From contig DAIMEC010000001.1 in assembly GCA_036725465.1 (NCBI GenBank), positions 1 to 40,141 of the forward strand: 40,141 nt of DNA, written 5' to 3'. The notes beneath the pieces are model-generated. The model saw only the letters and a list, made by a program, of their open reading frames with translations. It was not told the origin of the DNA and made no database searches. Positions 25,414-35,271 of the stretch are shown one piece after another. The translations under genes and the position numbers were made by a program. The DNA comes from Bacillota bacterium (GTDB taxonomy: Bacteria; Bacillota; Clostridia; Peptostreptococcales; Anaerovoracaceae). Numbering within the stretch: position 1 is the first letter of the stretch; every line of letters begins with the position of its first letter.

Positions 25414-26811
25414 TTAAAACTCGGCCGTTCTGGGAGTTCTGGGGAAAGGTAAAACATCCCTTATGTTGCTTATACCTGTCAGGTACATTATCATTCTTTC
25501 AAATCCCAGCCCATAGCCTGAATGCTTCACTCCTCCGTACTTTCGAAGCTCCATATACCACCAGTAATCCTTTTCGTCAAGGCCTGCTTCGTCCATGCGT
25601 TCTTTGAGTGTATCATATCTTTCTTCTCTCTGGCTGCCTCCGATGATCTCTCCTATCTCCGGTACAAGAAGATCACATGCGGCGACTGTTTTACCGTCAT
25701 CATTCTGCCTCATGTAAAAGGCCTTGATCTCCTTGGGGTAATCTGTTACGAACACGGGCTTTTTATATATTTCTTCTGTTATATATCTCTCGTGTTCTGT
25801 CTGGAGATCTATTCCCCATTCCACAGGATACTGAAAATCTTTGTGGGATTTTTTCAAAAGATCCACTGCCTCCGTATATGTCACTCTGGCAAAATCCGAT
25901 TCTACTATATTTTCCAGGCGCTTTATAAGGCCTTTATCAATAAAACCGTTGAAAAACTCCATTTCTTCCGGAGCATTTTCCATTACATACCGGATGATAT
26001 ATTTCACCATTGCTTCAGCAACTTCCATATTGCCCTCAAGGTCGCAAAATGCCATTTCCGGTTCTATCATCCAAAATTCGGAAGCATGCCTTGCGGTATT
26101 GGAGTTCTCAGCTCTGAATGTGGGCCCGAAGGTATATACATTGCGAAAGGCCAAAGCGAATATTTCCGCTTCCAGCTGCCCGCTGACGGTCAACCCTGCC
26201 CTTTTTCCGAAAAAATCTTCAGAATAATCTATCCTGCCCTTTTCGTCTCTTGGAGGTTTTTCCATATCAAAAGTCGTTACCTGGAACATTTCTCCGGCTC
26301 CCTCGGCATCACTGCCTGTTATTATGGGAGTGTGCACATATACAAAATCATTTTCCTGAAAAAACCTGTGTATTGCGTAAGCCGTTATGGACCTTATGCG
26401 GAATACTGCGGAAAAAGTGTTGCTTCTCGGTCTTAAGTGAGCTATCTCTCTTAGATACTCAAGGCTGTGTCTCTTTTTTTGCAGCGGATAATCCGCATCG
26501 GATCCAGCTAAAACTTCGATTTCAAAAGCTTTTATTTCAAAAGGCTGCTTTGAATCGGGAGTAAGAACAAACTCTCCCCTGACCTTAAGTGCCGCAGAAA
26601 TCGGCACCTTTGATATTTCATCGAAGTTATTGATAACTTCGGCTTCATATACCACTTGCACCGATTTGAAAAAGGATCCGTCATTAAGCTCGATGAATCC
26701 GAATTTATTGGAACCTCTGTTGGTCCTTATCCATCCTCTTACTGATATATCCTGTCCTTCATATTCTTTGGGATCTCTGTAAAGCTTTTTTATTTGCGCC
26801 TCTTTCATCAT
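25414..26811 (-). CDS. asnS: Asparagine--tRNA ligase.
   Basis: [23 protein letters not shown]-terminal OB fold, class IIb motifs ([36 protein letters not shown]). 465 aa. ATGA overlap with lysS. Confidence 0.95.
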   Translation of the reverse strand: MMKEAQIKKLYRDPKEYEGQDISVRGWIRTNRGSNKFGFIELNDGSFFKSVQVVYEAEVINNFDEISKVPISAALKVRGEFVLTPDSKQPFEIKAFEIEVLAGSDADYPLQKKRHSLEYLREIAHLRPRSNTFSAVFRIRSITAYAIHRFFQENDFVYVHTPIITGSDAEGAGEMFQVTTFDMEKPPRDEKGRIDYSEDFFGKRAGLTVSGQLEAEIFALAFRNVYTFGPTFRAENSNTARHASEFWMIEPEMAFCDLEGNMEVAEAMVKYIIRYVMENAPEEMEFFNGFIDKGLIKRLENIVESDFARVTYTEAVDLLKKSHKDFQYPVEWGIDLQTEHERYITEEIYKKPVFVTDYPKEIKAFYMRQNDDGKTVAACDLLVPEIGEIIGGSQREERYDTLKERMDEAGLDEKDYWWYMELRKYGGVKHSGYGLGFERMIMYLTGISNIRDVLPFPRTPRTAEF

Positions 26812-28331
26812 TTCTCCTGTGGTTTCATAGTGGGAAAAAGTATTATATCTCTTATGCTCTGTGCATCTGTCACAAGCATTATCACTCTGTCTATACCGAT
26901 CCCCAGCCCGCCTGTGGGAGGAAGTCCTACTTCCAGTGCCTCCACAAAATCCTGATCCATTGGATGTGCTTCATCATCTCCTGATTCAAGCTGTTCCTGC
27001 TGATCTTTGAATCTCTGATACTGATCTATGGGATCGTTTAATTCGGAAAAAGCATTTGCTATTTCCCATCCGTTTATATATGCTTCAAACCTTCTTGTTA
27101 TCCTGGGATCCTCCGGATCTCTTTTTGATAATGGAGAAATCTCCACGGGATGGCCCGTGACAAAAACAGGTCCGTCAAGATAACCGGGGACATCTTCACA
27201 CTGCTCTTCAAAAAGCTCTGCTATTACAAGCCCTCTTGTCATCTTTTCCGCACCCTCAAGCCCGAATTTTTTTGCAACTTTTCTGGCCTCTTCATCGGTG
27301 TCTATTTTTGAAAAATCCACGCCGGTTATTTCTTTTACGGCATCTTCCATTTTGAGTACTTTCCACGGAGGTGTAAGATCGAACCGCTTTCCCTGATATG
27401 TTATCTTCATGGAACCGGTTGCTGCCAGAGCTGCCTTTGACACCACCTGTTCGGTAACCTCCATTACATCTTCCATATTGCCGTAGGCCATGTAGCATTC
27501 CATAGAAGTGAATTCAGGATTGTGATTCTTATCCATGCCTTCGTTTCTGAACATTTTGCCCATTTCATAAACTCTGTCAAGCCCGCCAACGGTAAGTCTC
27601 TTCAGATACAGTTCGTTTGATATCCGCAGTTTCATTTCAAGGTCCAGAGTATTATGGTAAGTTTCAAAGGGTCTTGCGTTGGCACCGCCGGCTATGGTGG
27701 TCAATATGGGTGTGTCAACTTCAAGGTAACCGAAATCCTCTTCAAGCACTCTCTTTATCTCTTTGATGATTGAAGCCCTTTTTATGAATAGTTCTTTTAC
27801 TTCCGGATTAACGATAAGATCCACATATCTTTTGCGGTACCTTAGATCTGTGTCTTTAAGACCATGCCATTTTTCAGGAAGCACCTGCAGGGATTTTGAA
27901 AGCAGTACCACTCTTTGGGCTTCTATGGTCACCTCTCCCCGCTGAGTTCTGAAGACCTTTCCTTCAACTCCGATAATATCTCCTATATCATATGTCTTGA
28001 ACCACTTATATTCTTCTTCGCCAAGAACATCTCTTTTGATATGAAGCTGGATCCTTCCTTTATAATCCTGAATATCTGTAAATGAGGCCTTTCCCATGAC
28101 ACGCTTTGCCATTATCCTTCCGGAAACAGACACATCTTTTCCTTCCATACGGTCAAAATCATCTTTTATGTCCTGACTGTAGGCATTCTGATCCCATTTC
28201 TCTATTAAAAACGGGTTCCTTCCGGCTTCCTGAAGGGCCTTTAGTTTTTCTCTTCTTATTACTCTCTGTTCATTTAGATCGGATTCGTTTTCCCTGTCAA
28301 CTGTATCCTGTACTTTTTTATTATCATTCAT
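26808..28331 (-). CDS. lysS: Lysine--tRNA ligase (class II).
   Basis: [28 protein letters not shown] and [13 protein letters not shown] motifs. 507 aa. Confidence 0.95.
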   Translation of the reverse strand: MNDNKKVQDTVDRENESDLNEQRVIRREKLKALQEAGRNPFLIEKWDQNAYSQDIKDDFDRMEGKDVSVSGRIMAKRVMGKASFTDIQDYKGRIQLHIKRDVLGEEEYKWFKTYDIGDIIGVEGKVFRTQRGEVTIEAQRVVLLSKSLQVLPEKWHGLKDTDLRYRKRYVDLIVNPEVKELFIKRASIIKEIKRVLEEDFGYLEVDTPILTTIAGGANARPFETYHNTLDLEMKLRISNELYLKRLTVGGLDRVYEMGKMFRNEGMDKNHNPEFTSMECYMAYGNMEDVMEVTEQVVSKAALAATGSMKITYQGKRFDLTPPWKVLKMEDAVKEITGVDFSKIDTDEEARKVAKKFGLEGAEKMTRGLVIAELFEEQCEDVPGYLDGPVFVTGHPVEISPLSKRDPEDPRITRRFEAYINGWEIANAFSELNDPIDQYQRFKDQQEQLESGDDEAHPMDQDFVEALEVGLPPTGGLGIGIDRVIMLVTDAQSIRDIILFPTMKPQEK

Positions 28332-28335
28332 TTTA

Positions 28336-28809
28336 TCACCTGTTTATGCTTATAACTTCATACCTGATCCTGCCCTTTGGGGCTTCTATATCAACTTTGT
28401 CCCCCACTTTGGCTCCGATAAGACCTTCCCCCACCTTTGATTCATTGGAGATTTTGCCTTCAAAAGGATCTGCTTCTGTGGCGCCTACGATTATAAAGTC
28501 CTGGATCTTCCGGGTCTTTGTGTCTTTGACAGTTACTTTGCTGCCTATGTTGACTTTGCCCTTTGGAGATTTGCCTTCTTCTATTATTTTGGCTTTGCGC
28601 ATCATGTTTTCCAGTTTGGTGATACGTTCTTCCAGTTCCGCCTGTTCATTTTTCGCAGCATCATATTCCGCGTTTTCTGAAATATCGCCGAATTCTCTGG
28701 CTTCTTTTATCCTTTCGGCTACTTCTGCACGTTTGACAGATACAAGTTCATCATATTCAGCTGATATCTTGTCATATCCTTCTTTGGTTAAAAGTACTTC
28801 TTCAGTCAT
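28336..28809 (-). CDS. greA: Transcription elongation factor GreA.
   Basis: LTKEGYDKISAEYDEL, EAREFGDISENAEYDAAK and a C-terminal FKBP-like domain. 157 aa. Confidence 0.95.
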   Translation of the reverse strand: MTEEVLLTKEGYDKISAEYDELVSVKRAEVAERIKEAREFGDISENAEYDAAKNEQAELEERITKLENMMRKAKIIEEGKSPKGKVNIGSKVTVKDTKTRKIQDFIIVGATEADPFEGKISNESKVGEGLIGAKVGDKVDIEAPKGRIRYEVISINR

Positions 28810-28893
28810 TTTTAGTCCCTCATTTCCGACCTTTTGCAGGTCATTTCAGCCCTTGGCCGTATTGAAATATTATAAAAGAAAGGTGCTTCTTTG

Positions 28894-29979
28894 TCAATTT
28901 GCAAAGGTTATCTTTACATTGGGAGAATTGGTCGCATAAACGATTGTTGCGTAACAGAGATCGAACTCCATAATGTCTCCCACCTTTATATCCCTTTCAG
29001 CATCCTGTATATCCGCTATGGTATGGTCGCTGGACGCGCCCAGGATCTCTATTCCTTTATCCCTTGGATAGATCATGTCCGGAAAAGCATAGTCCACTTT
29101 TCCCAGAGCAAGCAAAGCTCTTCTTCTTATGCCTCTGTCCTCATACTCCTGTTTCATGCCGAAAGCATCAAACATTATCTCTCCAACGGGATGACTTGGC
29201 TTGTCCTTTACCTCTATCACTTCCGCCTTCAGAGTGAAAACATCCTGGTACATGAAACTCATGTCATACCCCCAAAGATCCCTCAGGTCTTTAGCAAGTA
29301 TTATTCCCTCTCCCACACGCAGCAGATTTATCCTTTCAGGCATATTCTTTTCAAATACCCTCGGGAGTGAAGTCGTTGCCCCTCCTGAAATGAAGTCAAG
29401 TCTTCTTCCAATGCGGCTTTCTATGCTTTCTGCGATATTGACCAGCTCTTCAAGTTTCTCGGGTGTTGCGCTTACTGAGCCGTAACATCCAAGATTAGTT
29501 CCCACACCTGAAAGTTCAAGACCCTCAAAACTGTTTTCAACCATCAAAGCCACACTGACCATTTCCTCTGTGTCCCAAAAACCCTCTCTCAGGTCTCCCA
29601 GATCCGCCATCAGGATTATCCTGTGTTTTTTGTTCTGCATCAGCGCCTGTTCATTGAAGGCTTTCAATACTTCGATTTCACTGTGAAGACTTATGTCCGT
29701 AAGCCTTACTGCCTCCGCAGCCTCGGTTATCATGGGCACTCTTATCAGCATGAATTCTTTTGTTATTCCATGCTTCTTTGCATCCTCCACCTGTTCCAGT
29801 CTGGATGTGGCTATGAAGCGGCATTCAGAGTCAGCAAACTGTCTTGTGCATTCCGGTATACCGGTAAATCCTTTTACTACTCCGGCTACTTCTATGTTCA
29901 GTTCCCTGCAACGGACTACTATCTCGTCAATATTATGCCTGAGCTTCTTAAGGTCTATTTCAACTCTCGGGTACATCAT
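28894..29979 (-). CDS. Alanine/ornithine racemase family PLP-dependent enzyme (fold-type III). Substrate unknown.
   Basis: N-terminal IDLKKLRHNIDEIV...VAGVVKG (PLP-lysine context) and a C-terminal beta-domain. At 361 aa its size and pattern resemble ornithine/lysine racemase-type proteins rather than Alr. ATGA overlap with the upstream acyl-CoA synthetase. Confidence 0.7.
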   Translation of the reverse strand: MMYPRVEIDLKKLRHNIDEIVVRCRELNIEVAGVVKGFTGIPECTRQFADSECRFIATSRLEQVEDAKKHGITKEFMLIRVPMITEAAEAVRLTDISLHSEIEVLKAFNEQALMQNKKHRIILMADLGDLREGFWDTEEMVSVALMVENSFEGLELSGVGTNLGCYGSVSATPEKLEELVNIAESIESRIGRRLDFISGGATTSLPRVFEKNMPERINLLRVGEGIILAKDLRDLWGYDMSFMYQDVFTLKAEVIEVKDKPSHPVGEIMFDAFGMKQEYEDRGIRRRALLALGKVDYAFPDMIYPRDKGIEILGASSDHTIADIQDAERDIKVGDIMEFDLCYATIVYATNSPNVKITFAN

Positions 29980-31796
29980 GCCTCCTGTTTTCTGTTGCTT
30001 TCCACAAATCTCTTTATTTTTTTGGAAGTATTTTTTTCGAACTCTTCTTTTCTTATGATAACCTTTTTTATTTTTTTGAAAAACGGTGCGTTGGCATTTA
30101 TTTTGTCAACTTCTTCCCAGACTTTGTCTTCCAGCTCTTTATCTGTTATTCCCTTGCCGAAAAGTTCTTCTACTTCATAATCGTCCAGTTTAACTGCGGC
30201 AACTATACTTGTATCTCTTCCGTCACTGGTGTCTTCGCCAAATACCATGGATTCCTCAATGAAGGGAACGTTGGAAAGATAGTATTCCAGTTCTTCAGGA
30301 TAAACATTTTTTCCGTTCTTTGTTATGATAACGTTCTTTTTTCTGCCTGTTATGTACAAATACCCTTCATCATCCAGGTAGCCCAGGTCCCCGGTATAGA
30401 ACCATCCGTCCTTTATTACTTCGGCGGTTGCTTCGGGCATTTCATAGTACCCAAGCATAACATTCCCTCCCCTTAAACATATCTCACCTATGCCTTCTTC
30501 GTTAATGTCCTCGATCTTTATGCCGAAGGTGGGGAATTTTCTCCCTACGGATGCAGCTTTGGGTGCTGTGTCGGGATTCAAGGCGCCCATGGGTGCACAT
30601 TCCGTAAGCCCGTATCCCTGAAGTGCCTGTATACCGAAATCCTGTATGCCTTCCAGTACCTCAGGATTTATTGCGGCGCCTCCCACTATCATCATTCTCA
30701 TCCTGCCTCCGAAAACAGCAAGGATGTCCTTGAAAAATATCTTGCCCAGATCTATGCCGATTTTCTTTGTTTTTCTGTTTATTTTTATTACTTTCTTCAG
30801 GGTTTTTTCTTTGCCTTTTTTGCGTACGTTCTGCCATATCTTTTTGTATAAGTTCTCAAATAATACTGGTACTCCAAGGAACATGGTCGGTCGCACTTCC
30901 GAAAGATTCTTGACAATCTGTTTCAACCCCTCACAATATGCGATAGCCGCTCCCTTATAAAGAGGCATCAAAAAACCGCATGTACATTCATATGTATGAT
31001 GTATCGGCAGGACCGAAAAAAATATGTCCCAGTCATTCACTTTGAGCACCGTGGGAGATACCATCAGATCCTCCACAAGATTGCCGTGAGAAAGCATGAC
31101 TCCCTTTGACAGGCCTGTGGTTCCGGAAGTAAAAAGCAGTACACTCATTTCATCCCTGATTATCTGAGCATCCAGGAATTCTCTGTTGCCTTCTTTTAGA
31201 AGTTCTCTTCCTTTTTCAACAAGACCTTTCCAGGATCTGACTCCGTCTTTTTCTTCATCGGCGTTCATATTAACCAACATCTCAAGAGAAGATGTTCCTT
31301 CTCCCTTGATCTTTGTGAATATATCTTTGTACTTTTCTGTGAAAAACACGCAGCTTACTTCGGATCTTTTTACCAGCTGTTCCAGCTCTTTGGCATTGAG
31401 TTCTTTGTCAAGGGGCACCACTATGCCCGTACCGCAAAGTACTGCCAGATATGAAACCGCCCACCAGTAGCAGTTTTCGCCTATGATGGCGATCCTGCGA
31501 TCTTTTAAGCCCTCGTTTATAAGGGCAGTCCCCAAAGCATTTATATCAGCCATGGTTTCCTTATATGTTATTTTTTTGTAGTCTCCGCCTTTTTTTTCTT
31601 TTTGATAAAAGGCCACATGATCTCCGTACCATTCATCACTGGCACTGGTTTCTATCATATGCTTTATGTCCGTTATAGGGCGGCTGTCCCTGTACTTGAC
31701 AAGCGGGTCGGGATCTGCCTTGATTTTTTCGGCTATTTCCACTGCGCGCTGCATGTCCCTTTCTTTTAGAACCTTGTATTCTTCTTTACTCAGCAT
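29976..31796 (-). CDS. AMP-forming long-chain acyl-CoA synthetase (FadD-like), paralog 2.
   Basis: AMP-binding signature LLFTSGTTGLSKGVMLSHGNL, plus GYGLTE, YTGDLGYLDDEGYLYITGRKKN and KNGKNVYPEELE. 606 aa. Confidence 0.85.
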   Translation of the reverse strand: MLSKEEYKVLKERDMQRAVEIAEKIKADPDPLVKYRDSRPITDIKHMIETSASDEWYGDHVAFYQKEKKGGDYKKITYKETMADINALGTALINEGLKDRRIAIIGENCYWWAVSYLAVLCGTGIVVPLDKELNAKELEQLVKRSEVSCVFFTEKYKDIFTKIKGEGTSSLEMLVNMNADEEKDGVRSWKGLVEKGRELLKEGNREFLDAQIIRDEMSVLLFTSGTTGLSKGVMLSHGNLVEDLMVSPTVLKVNDWDIFFSVLPIHHTYECTCGFLMPLYKGAAIAYCEGLKQIVKNLSEVRPTMFLGVPVLFENLYKKIWQNVRKKGKEKTLKKVIKINRKTKKIGIDLGKIFFKDILAVFGGRMRMMIVGGAAINPEVLEGIQDFGIQALQGYGLTECAPMGALNPDTAPKAASVGRKFPTFGIKIEDINEEGIGEICLRGGNVMLGYYEMPEATAEVIKDGWFYTGDLGYLDDEGYLYITGRKKNVIITKNGKNVYPEELEYYLSNVPFIEESMVFGEDTSDGRDTSIVAAVKLDDYEVEELFGKGITDKELEDKVWEEVDKINANAPFFKKIKKVIIRKEEFEKNTSKKIKRFVESNRKQEA

Positions 31797-33544
31797 TTTA
31801 CATCCTCCTGTCCTTCACTGCTTTTATTCTCAGCATTGTAACGTTTGATTTTTCTTGTGGTGGTTTTACTGAATTCTTCCTTTCTTATGCCGAATCTTCT
31901 GACTCTCTTGTAAAGGGGCATTTCCTCATTTATATCGTCTATGACACTTTTTAACAGTTCCCTCAGTCCGTCTTCGTTCGTATCTCCCTTTTCTTCTGCT
32001 ATGATCTCATAGTCGGGAAATATCTCTGCCTTTATTATGGTATCTCCCGTCCTCTCATCCTCTATCCCGTGAACAAGTACTTCCTGTATGTACGGACTTT
32101 CCGTCAGACAAAATTCTACTTCTTCGGGGAAAACGTTCTTGCCGTTTTTCGTTACGATAACATTCTTTTTTCTTCCCGAAATATAAAGGTATCCCTCTTC
32201 ATCCATATATCCGTAATCCCCCGTATGGAGCCATCCGTCTATTATGGTCTCTTTAGTGGCTTCCGGATCGTTATAATAGCCAAGCATGACTGAGGGGCCC
32301 TGGCAAATTATTTCTCCCATGCCGTTTTCATCAGGGTCGATTATCTTTACCTTTGTGTTTGGCATAGGCTGCCCCACAGAGGACGCCTTGCTGCAACAGT
32401 CTCTGTTAACGGCAATTATCGGAGAATTCTCTGTCATTCCGTAACCCTGTATCATCGGTATCCCCATGGCCTCATAATCCTCAATTACTCTTGGATCTAT
32501 TGCGGCTCCTCCTGCAATGAACTGGACCATCCCGCCTCCCGTCTGCTCATGCAGCTCTTTGAATATCTTTTTGATAATTTTATCATGATTATATAATTTC
32601 AGTTTTCTTGATATTATTATCATCCTTCTGGCCCTGCCGGCAGAACCGTTGGCCTCAAGTTTTTTCCAGATTTTTTTGTGCATGGTCTCAAATATCAGCG
32701 GTACACTGAGCATAACTGTGGCTCTTGACTCCACCATGTTTTTCTGGATATGTTTTAATCCCTCGCATATGGCCAGAGTTATGGCCTGATAAAGACCGGT
32801 AAATATGTGACATGTCAACTCATATGTGTGATGCATGGGCAGAACGGAAAGTCCGACTCCGTCTTCTATTATATCCACATACTGGGACATGTTATAAACA
32901 TTTGATGCTATATTTTTGTGAGAAAGCATAACTCCTTTGGCCAATCCCGTAGTGCCGGAGGTGAAAAGCAAGGCGCACATTACATCCGGGTCTATTTCCG
33001 CATTTGTAAAACGCCTGTCTCCTGCCGCCATCAACCTGCTTCCCTTTTCTATGAGTTTCATCATCGAAAGTCTGTCATCTGTATCCTCTTCCGCTGTCAT
33101 ATCGATGACATATTCCACATTTCTCACATATGCCAGGACTTCATCCACTGCTTTTCCCATTTTGCGTGAGTGAACGATAACATTGGCACCTGATCTCTGT
33201 ATCAGATGAGCGATCTCTTTGGGGTGCAACTCTCTGTCGATGGGCACCACCACTCCTGTGCCGTTGGTGACTGCCAGATATGCAACTACCCATTCATAGC
33301 TGTTTTCACCGATTATGGCTATTTTGCTGTCCTTAAGCCCCATATCAACAAAACTTGTCCCCAGAGAATCTATGTCAGCATCGAATTTTGAATATGAAAT
33401 CGGTTTGTACTCTCCCCCGGGAGTATCTTTCACAAGAAAAGCCGGATAGGCTTTCCTTTTCTCTACAGACCCTTTTATCAATTCTCTCAGATCCCTTATT
33501 TCCCGTACTTTATAAAATTTATCTTTATATTTCCTACTGTTCAT
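31790..33544 (-). CDS. AMP-forming long-chain acyl-CoA synthetase (FadD-like), paralog 1.
   Basis: LLFTSGTTGLAKGVMLSHKNI, GYGMTE, HTGDYGYMDEEGYLYISGRKKN and KNGKNVFPEEVE. 584 aa. It overlaps the start of paralog 2 by 7 nt (ATGCTGA). Confidence 0.85.
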   Translation of the reverse strand: MNSRKYKDKFYKVREIRDLRELIKGSVEKRKAYPAFLVKDTPGGEYKPISYSKFDADIDSLGTSFVDMGLKDSKIAIIGENSYEWVVAYLAVTNGTGVVVPIDRELHPKEIAHLIQRSGANVIVHSRKMGKAVDEVLAYVRNVEYVIDMTAEEDTDDRLSMMKLIEKGSRLMAAGDRRFTNAEIDPDVMCALLFTSGTTGLAKGVMLSHKNIASNVYNMSQYVDIIEDGVGLSVLPMHHTYELTCHIFTGLYQAITLAICEGLKHIQKNMVESRATVMLSVPLIFETMHKKIWKKLEANGSAGRARRMIIISRKLKLYNHDKIIKKIFKELHEQTGGGMVQFIAGGAAIDPRVIEDYEAMGIPMIQGYGMTENSPIIAVNRDCCSKASSVGQPMPNTKVKIIDPDENGMGEIICQGPSVMLGYYNDPEATKETIIDGWLHTGDYGYMDEEGYLYISGRKKNVIVTKNGKNVFPEEVEFCLTESPYIQEVLVHGIEDERTGDTIIKAEIFPDYEIIAEEKGDTNEDGLRELLKSVIDDINEEMPLYKRVRRFGIRKEEFSKTTTRKIKRYNAENKSSEGQEDVKC

Positions 33545-33578
33545 TTCGATCCTTTCTTTTCAAATTATATAGTAAAGT

Positions 33579-33587
33579 ATTATATCA
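33579..33587 (-). promoter_or_regulatory. Extended -10 element (TGaTATAAT) for the acyl-CoA synthetase operon.
   Basis: The minus strand reads cacaatgTGaTATAATactttac, about 35 nt upstream of the ATG at 33544. Confidence 0.45.
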
Positions 33588-33589
33588 CA

Positions 33590-33618
33590 TTGTGGATAAA
33601 TTGAAAATAATATATAAT
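33590..33618 (+). promoter_or_regulatory. Sigma-A promoter for the C1 peptidase gene (TTGTGG-N17-TATAAT), back to back with the divergent promoter.
   Basis: The plus strand reads TTGTGGataaattgaaaataataTATAAT, about 60 nt upstream of the ATG at 33680. Confidence 0.45.
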
Positions 33619-33679
33619 GAAGTCAGTGTAGTTGTTAACCAAAAGAGAGGATGTTTTCCCCGGAAAGACCGTAAAAACT

Positions 33680-35251
33680 ATGAAAAAATCAATTGTGATA
33701 TTTATTATAGCTTTGTTTTTGGGCATCCTTTCGATCCCCTCTCTTGCCGTTGCCAAAACCCCGGATCTCACATACTGGTCTGAACTTGATCTGCCTTTCC
33801 TTGAAGTCAACAAAAAACTCCCCGCAGAATATGATCTTCGGGATAAAAATCTGGTCACCTCCTGCAAGGATCAGGGATGGCACGGCACATGCTGGTCCTT
33901 TGCCGCTATTTCTTCCGCAGAGACCAATCTGCTGATGAAAGGTCTTGCAGGAGGAGAAAAAAAGGATCCCGGCAAGGTCGATCTTTCGGAGCTTCAGCTG
34001 GCCCGTTTCATGTATGACAGAAGCCCCGATCCCTCCGGTGGTACAAAGGGAGACAAGATCATCAATTCCACAGATGCCGATTATCTGGATGTTGGCGGAG
34101 AAGCATATCTCACCACTTTTGCTCTGGCATCATGGATGGGTCCCGTAAAAGAAAAAAAAGTGGAAACTTCCTATGAAGACGCCGATAAAAGCACCAAACT
34201 TGACAAAACCCTGGAATATGACCTTGACCTGGCTCATCTTCGCAATGCTTGGTGGGTAAATGCAAGAGATCGGGATTCCGTAAAATCCATGCTTATGAAA
34301 CATGGCTCTCCGATCATCTGCTACTATTCGGGTTACTGGGACTACAGTTACCATGAAGTTCCGGGCGCATCTTCCACCAATATGACTTATTACAACCCTT
34401 ATTCCGGAGAAATGCCGGATCATGAAGTTGCTGTTATCGGTTGGGACGATGATTATCCGGCGGAAAATTTTTATCCTTCCCCCGGAAAAGACGGAGCCTG
34501 GCTTGTAAAAAACTCATGGGGCAGCAAATGGGGGAATGACGGATGCTTCTGGCTCTCATACTACGATCATGGCATTGATGATTATGCTGTGTTCCTGGAT
34601 TTCGACAAAGCAGACAATTATCAGTATATATATCAGTATGACGGAGGAGGTTCAACTGCCCAGGATATTGCTTACAAGAAGAAAGCCTTCATGTCCAATG
34701 TTTTCAAATCAAAAAAAGACGAAACCCTTAAAGCAGTATCTTTCTTTGCCACACAAAATTCCAAAATCAAATATTTTATTCAGATATATACTGATATAAC
34801 AGATCCAAAAGACCCCCAAAGCGGTCGGCCCAGGCTCAGTGAAAAGCAGACAGGCAGGACCTCCTATGCGGGATACTACACTGTTGATCTGGATTATCCG
34901 GTGCGTCTGAAAGAAAAGTTGCCTTTTTCAGTGGTGATAGAGTTCAAAACAGGAAGAAACGAGAATATTTTTCTTCCTGTCGACACTGACGCTCAAAGAT
35001 ACGGCTGGTCAGAATATGATGTCACCTCAGCAAAAGGTCAAAGTTTTGTTTCAAAAGACGGCGAGGAGTGGAAAGATCTCAGCGCTGACGGAGATACCAA
35101 TATTAGGATAAAGGCCTTCACCGACGACAGTGAGCCCCTTTGGGAACTGTGGATAGCCGGCGCCATCGTTATCATTGCCTTTTTTACTTTTCTTGCTGCA
35201 CTTATATTCAGGGCCTCAAGGAAAAAAAGAGAAGAAAGGGCGAAAATATAA
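33680..35251 (+). CDS. Papain-family (C1) cysteine peptidase with N-terminal signal peptide and C-terminal transmembrane anchor.
   Basis: Catalytic contexts QGWHGTCWSFAA (Cys), DHEVAVIGWDD (His) and VKNSWGSKWGNDGCFW (Asn). Signal peptide MKKSIVIFIIALFLGILSIPSLAVA. C-terminal anchor WIAGAIVIIAFFTFLAALIF followed by RASRKKREERAK. The start was moved from the TTG at 33632 to the ATG at 33680. Confidence 0.8.
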   Translation: MKKSIVIFIIALFLGILSIPSLAVAKTPDLTYWSELDLPFLEVNKKLPAEYDLRDKNLVTSCKDQGWHGTCWSFAAISSAETNLLMKGLAGGEKKDPGKVDLSELQLARFMYDRSPDPSGGTKGDKIINSTDADYLDVGGEAYLTTFALASWMGPVKEKKVETSYEDADKSTKLDKTLEYDLDLAHLRNAWWVNARDRDSVKSMLMKHGSPIICYYSGYWDYSYHEVPGASSTNMTYYNPYSGEMPDHEVAVIGWDDDYPAENFYPSPGKDGAWLVKNSWGSKWGNDGCFWLSYYDHGIDDYAVFLDFDKADNYQYIYQYDGGGSTAQDIAYKKKAFMSNVFKSKKDETLKAVSFFATQNSKIKYFIQIYTDITDPKDPQSGRPRLSEKQTGRTSYAGYYTVDLDYPVRLKEKLPFSVVIEFKTGRNENIFLPVDTDAQRYGWSEYDVTSAKGQSFVSKDGEEWKDLSADGDTNIRIKAFTDDSEPLWELWIAGAIVIIAFFTFLAALIFRASRKKREERAKI

Positions 35252-35271
35252 AATGACCTTTTTTGTGTCTG

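Noticed and set aside
33878-33893. A near-perfect sigma-54 consensus, TGGCACggcacaTGCT, on the plus strand.
   Set aside because: It lies inside the C1 peptidase CDS in the sense direction. There it simply encodes the conserved active-site peptide G-W-H-G-T-C-W, and no gene start lies downstream. It is treated as a coding coincidence. It also warns that the weaker candidate at 8660-8674 could be a chance match.
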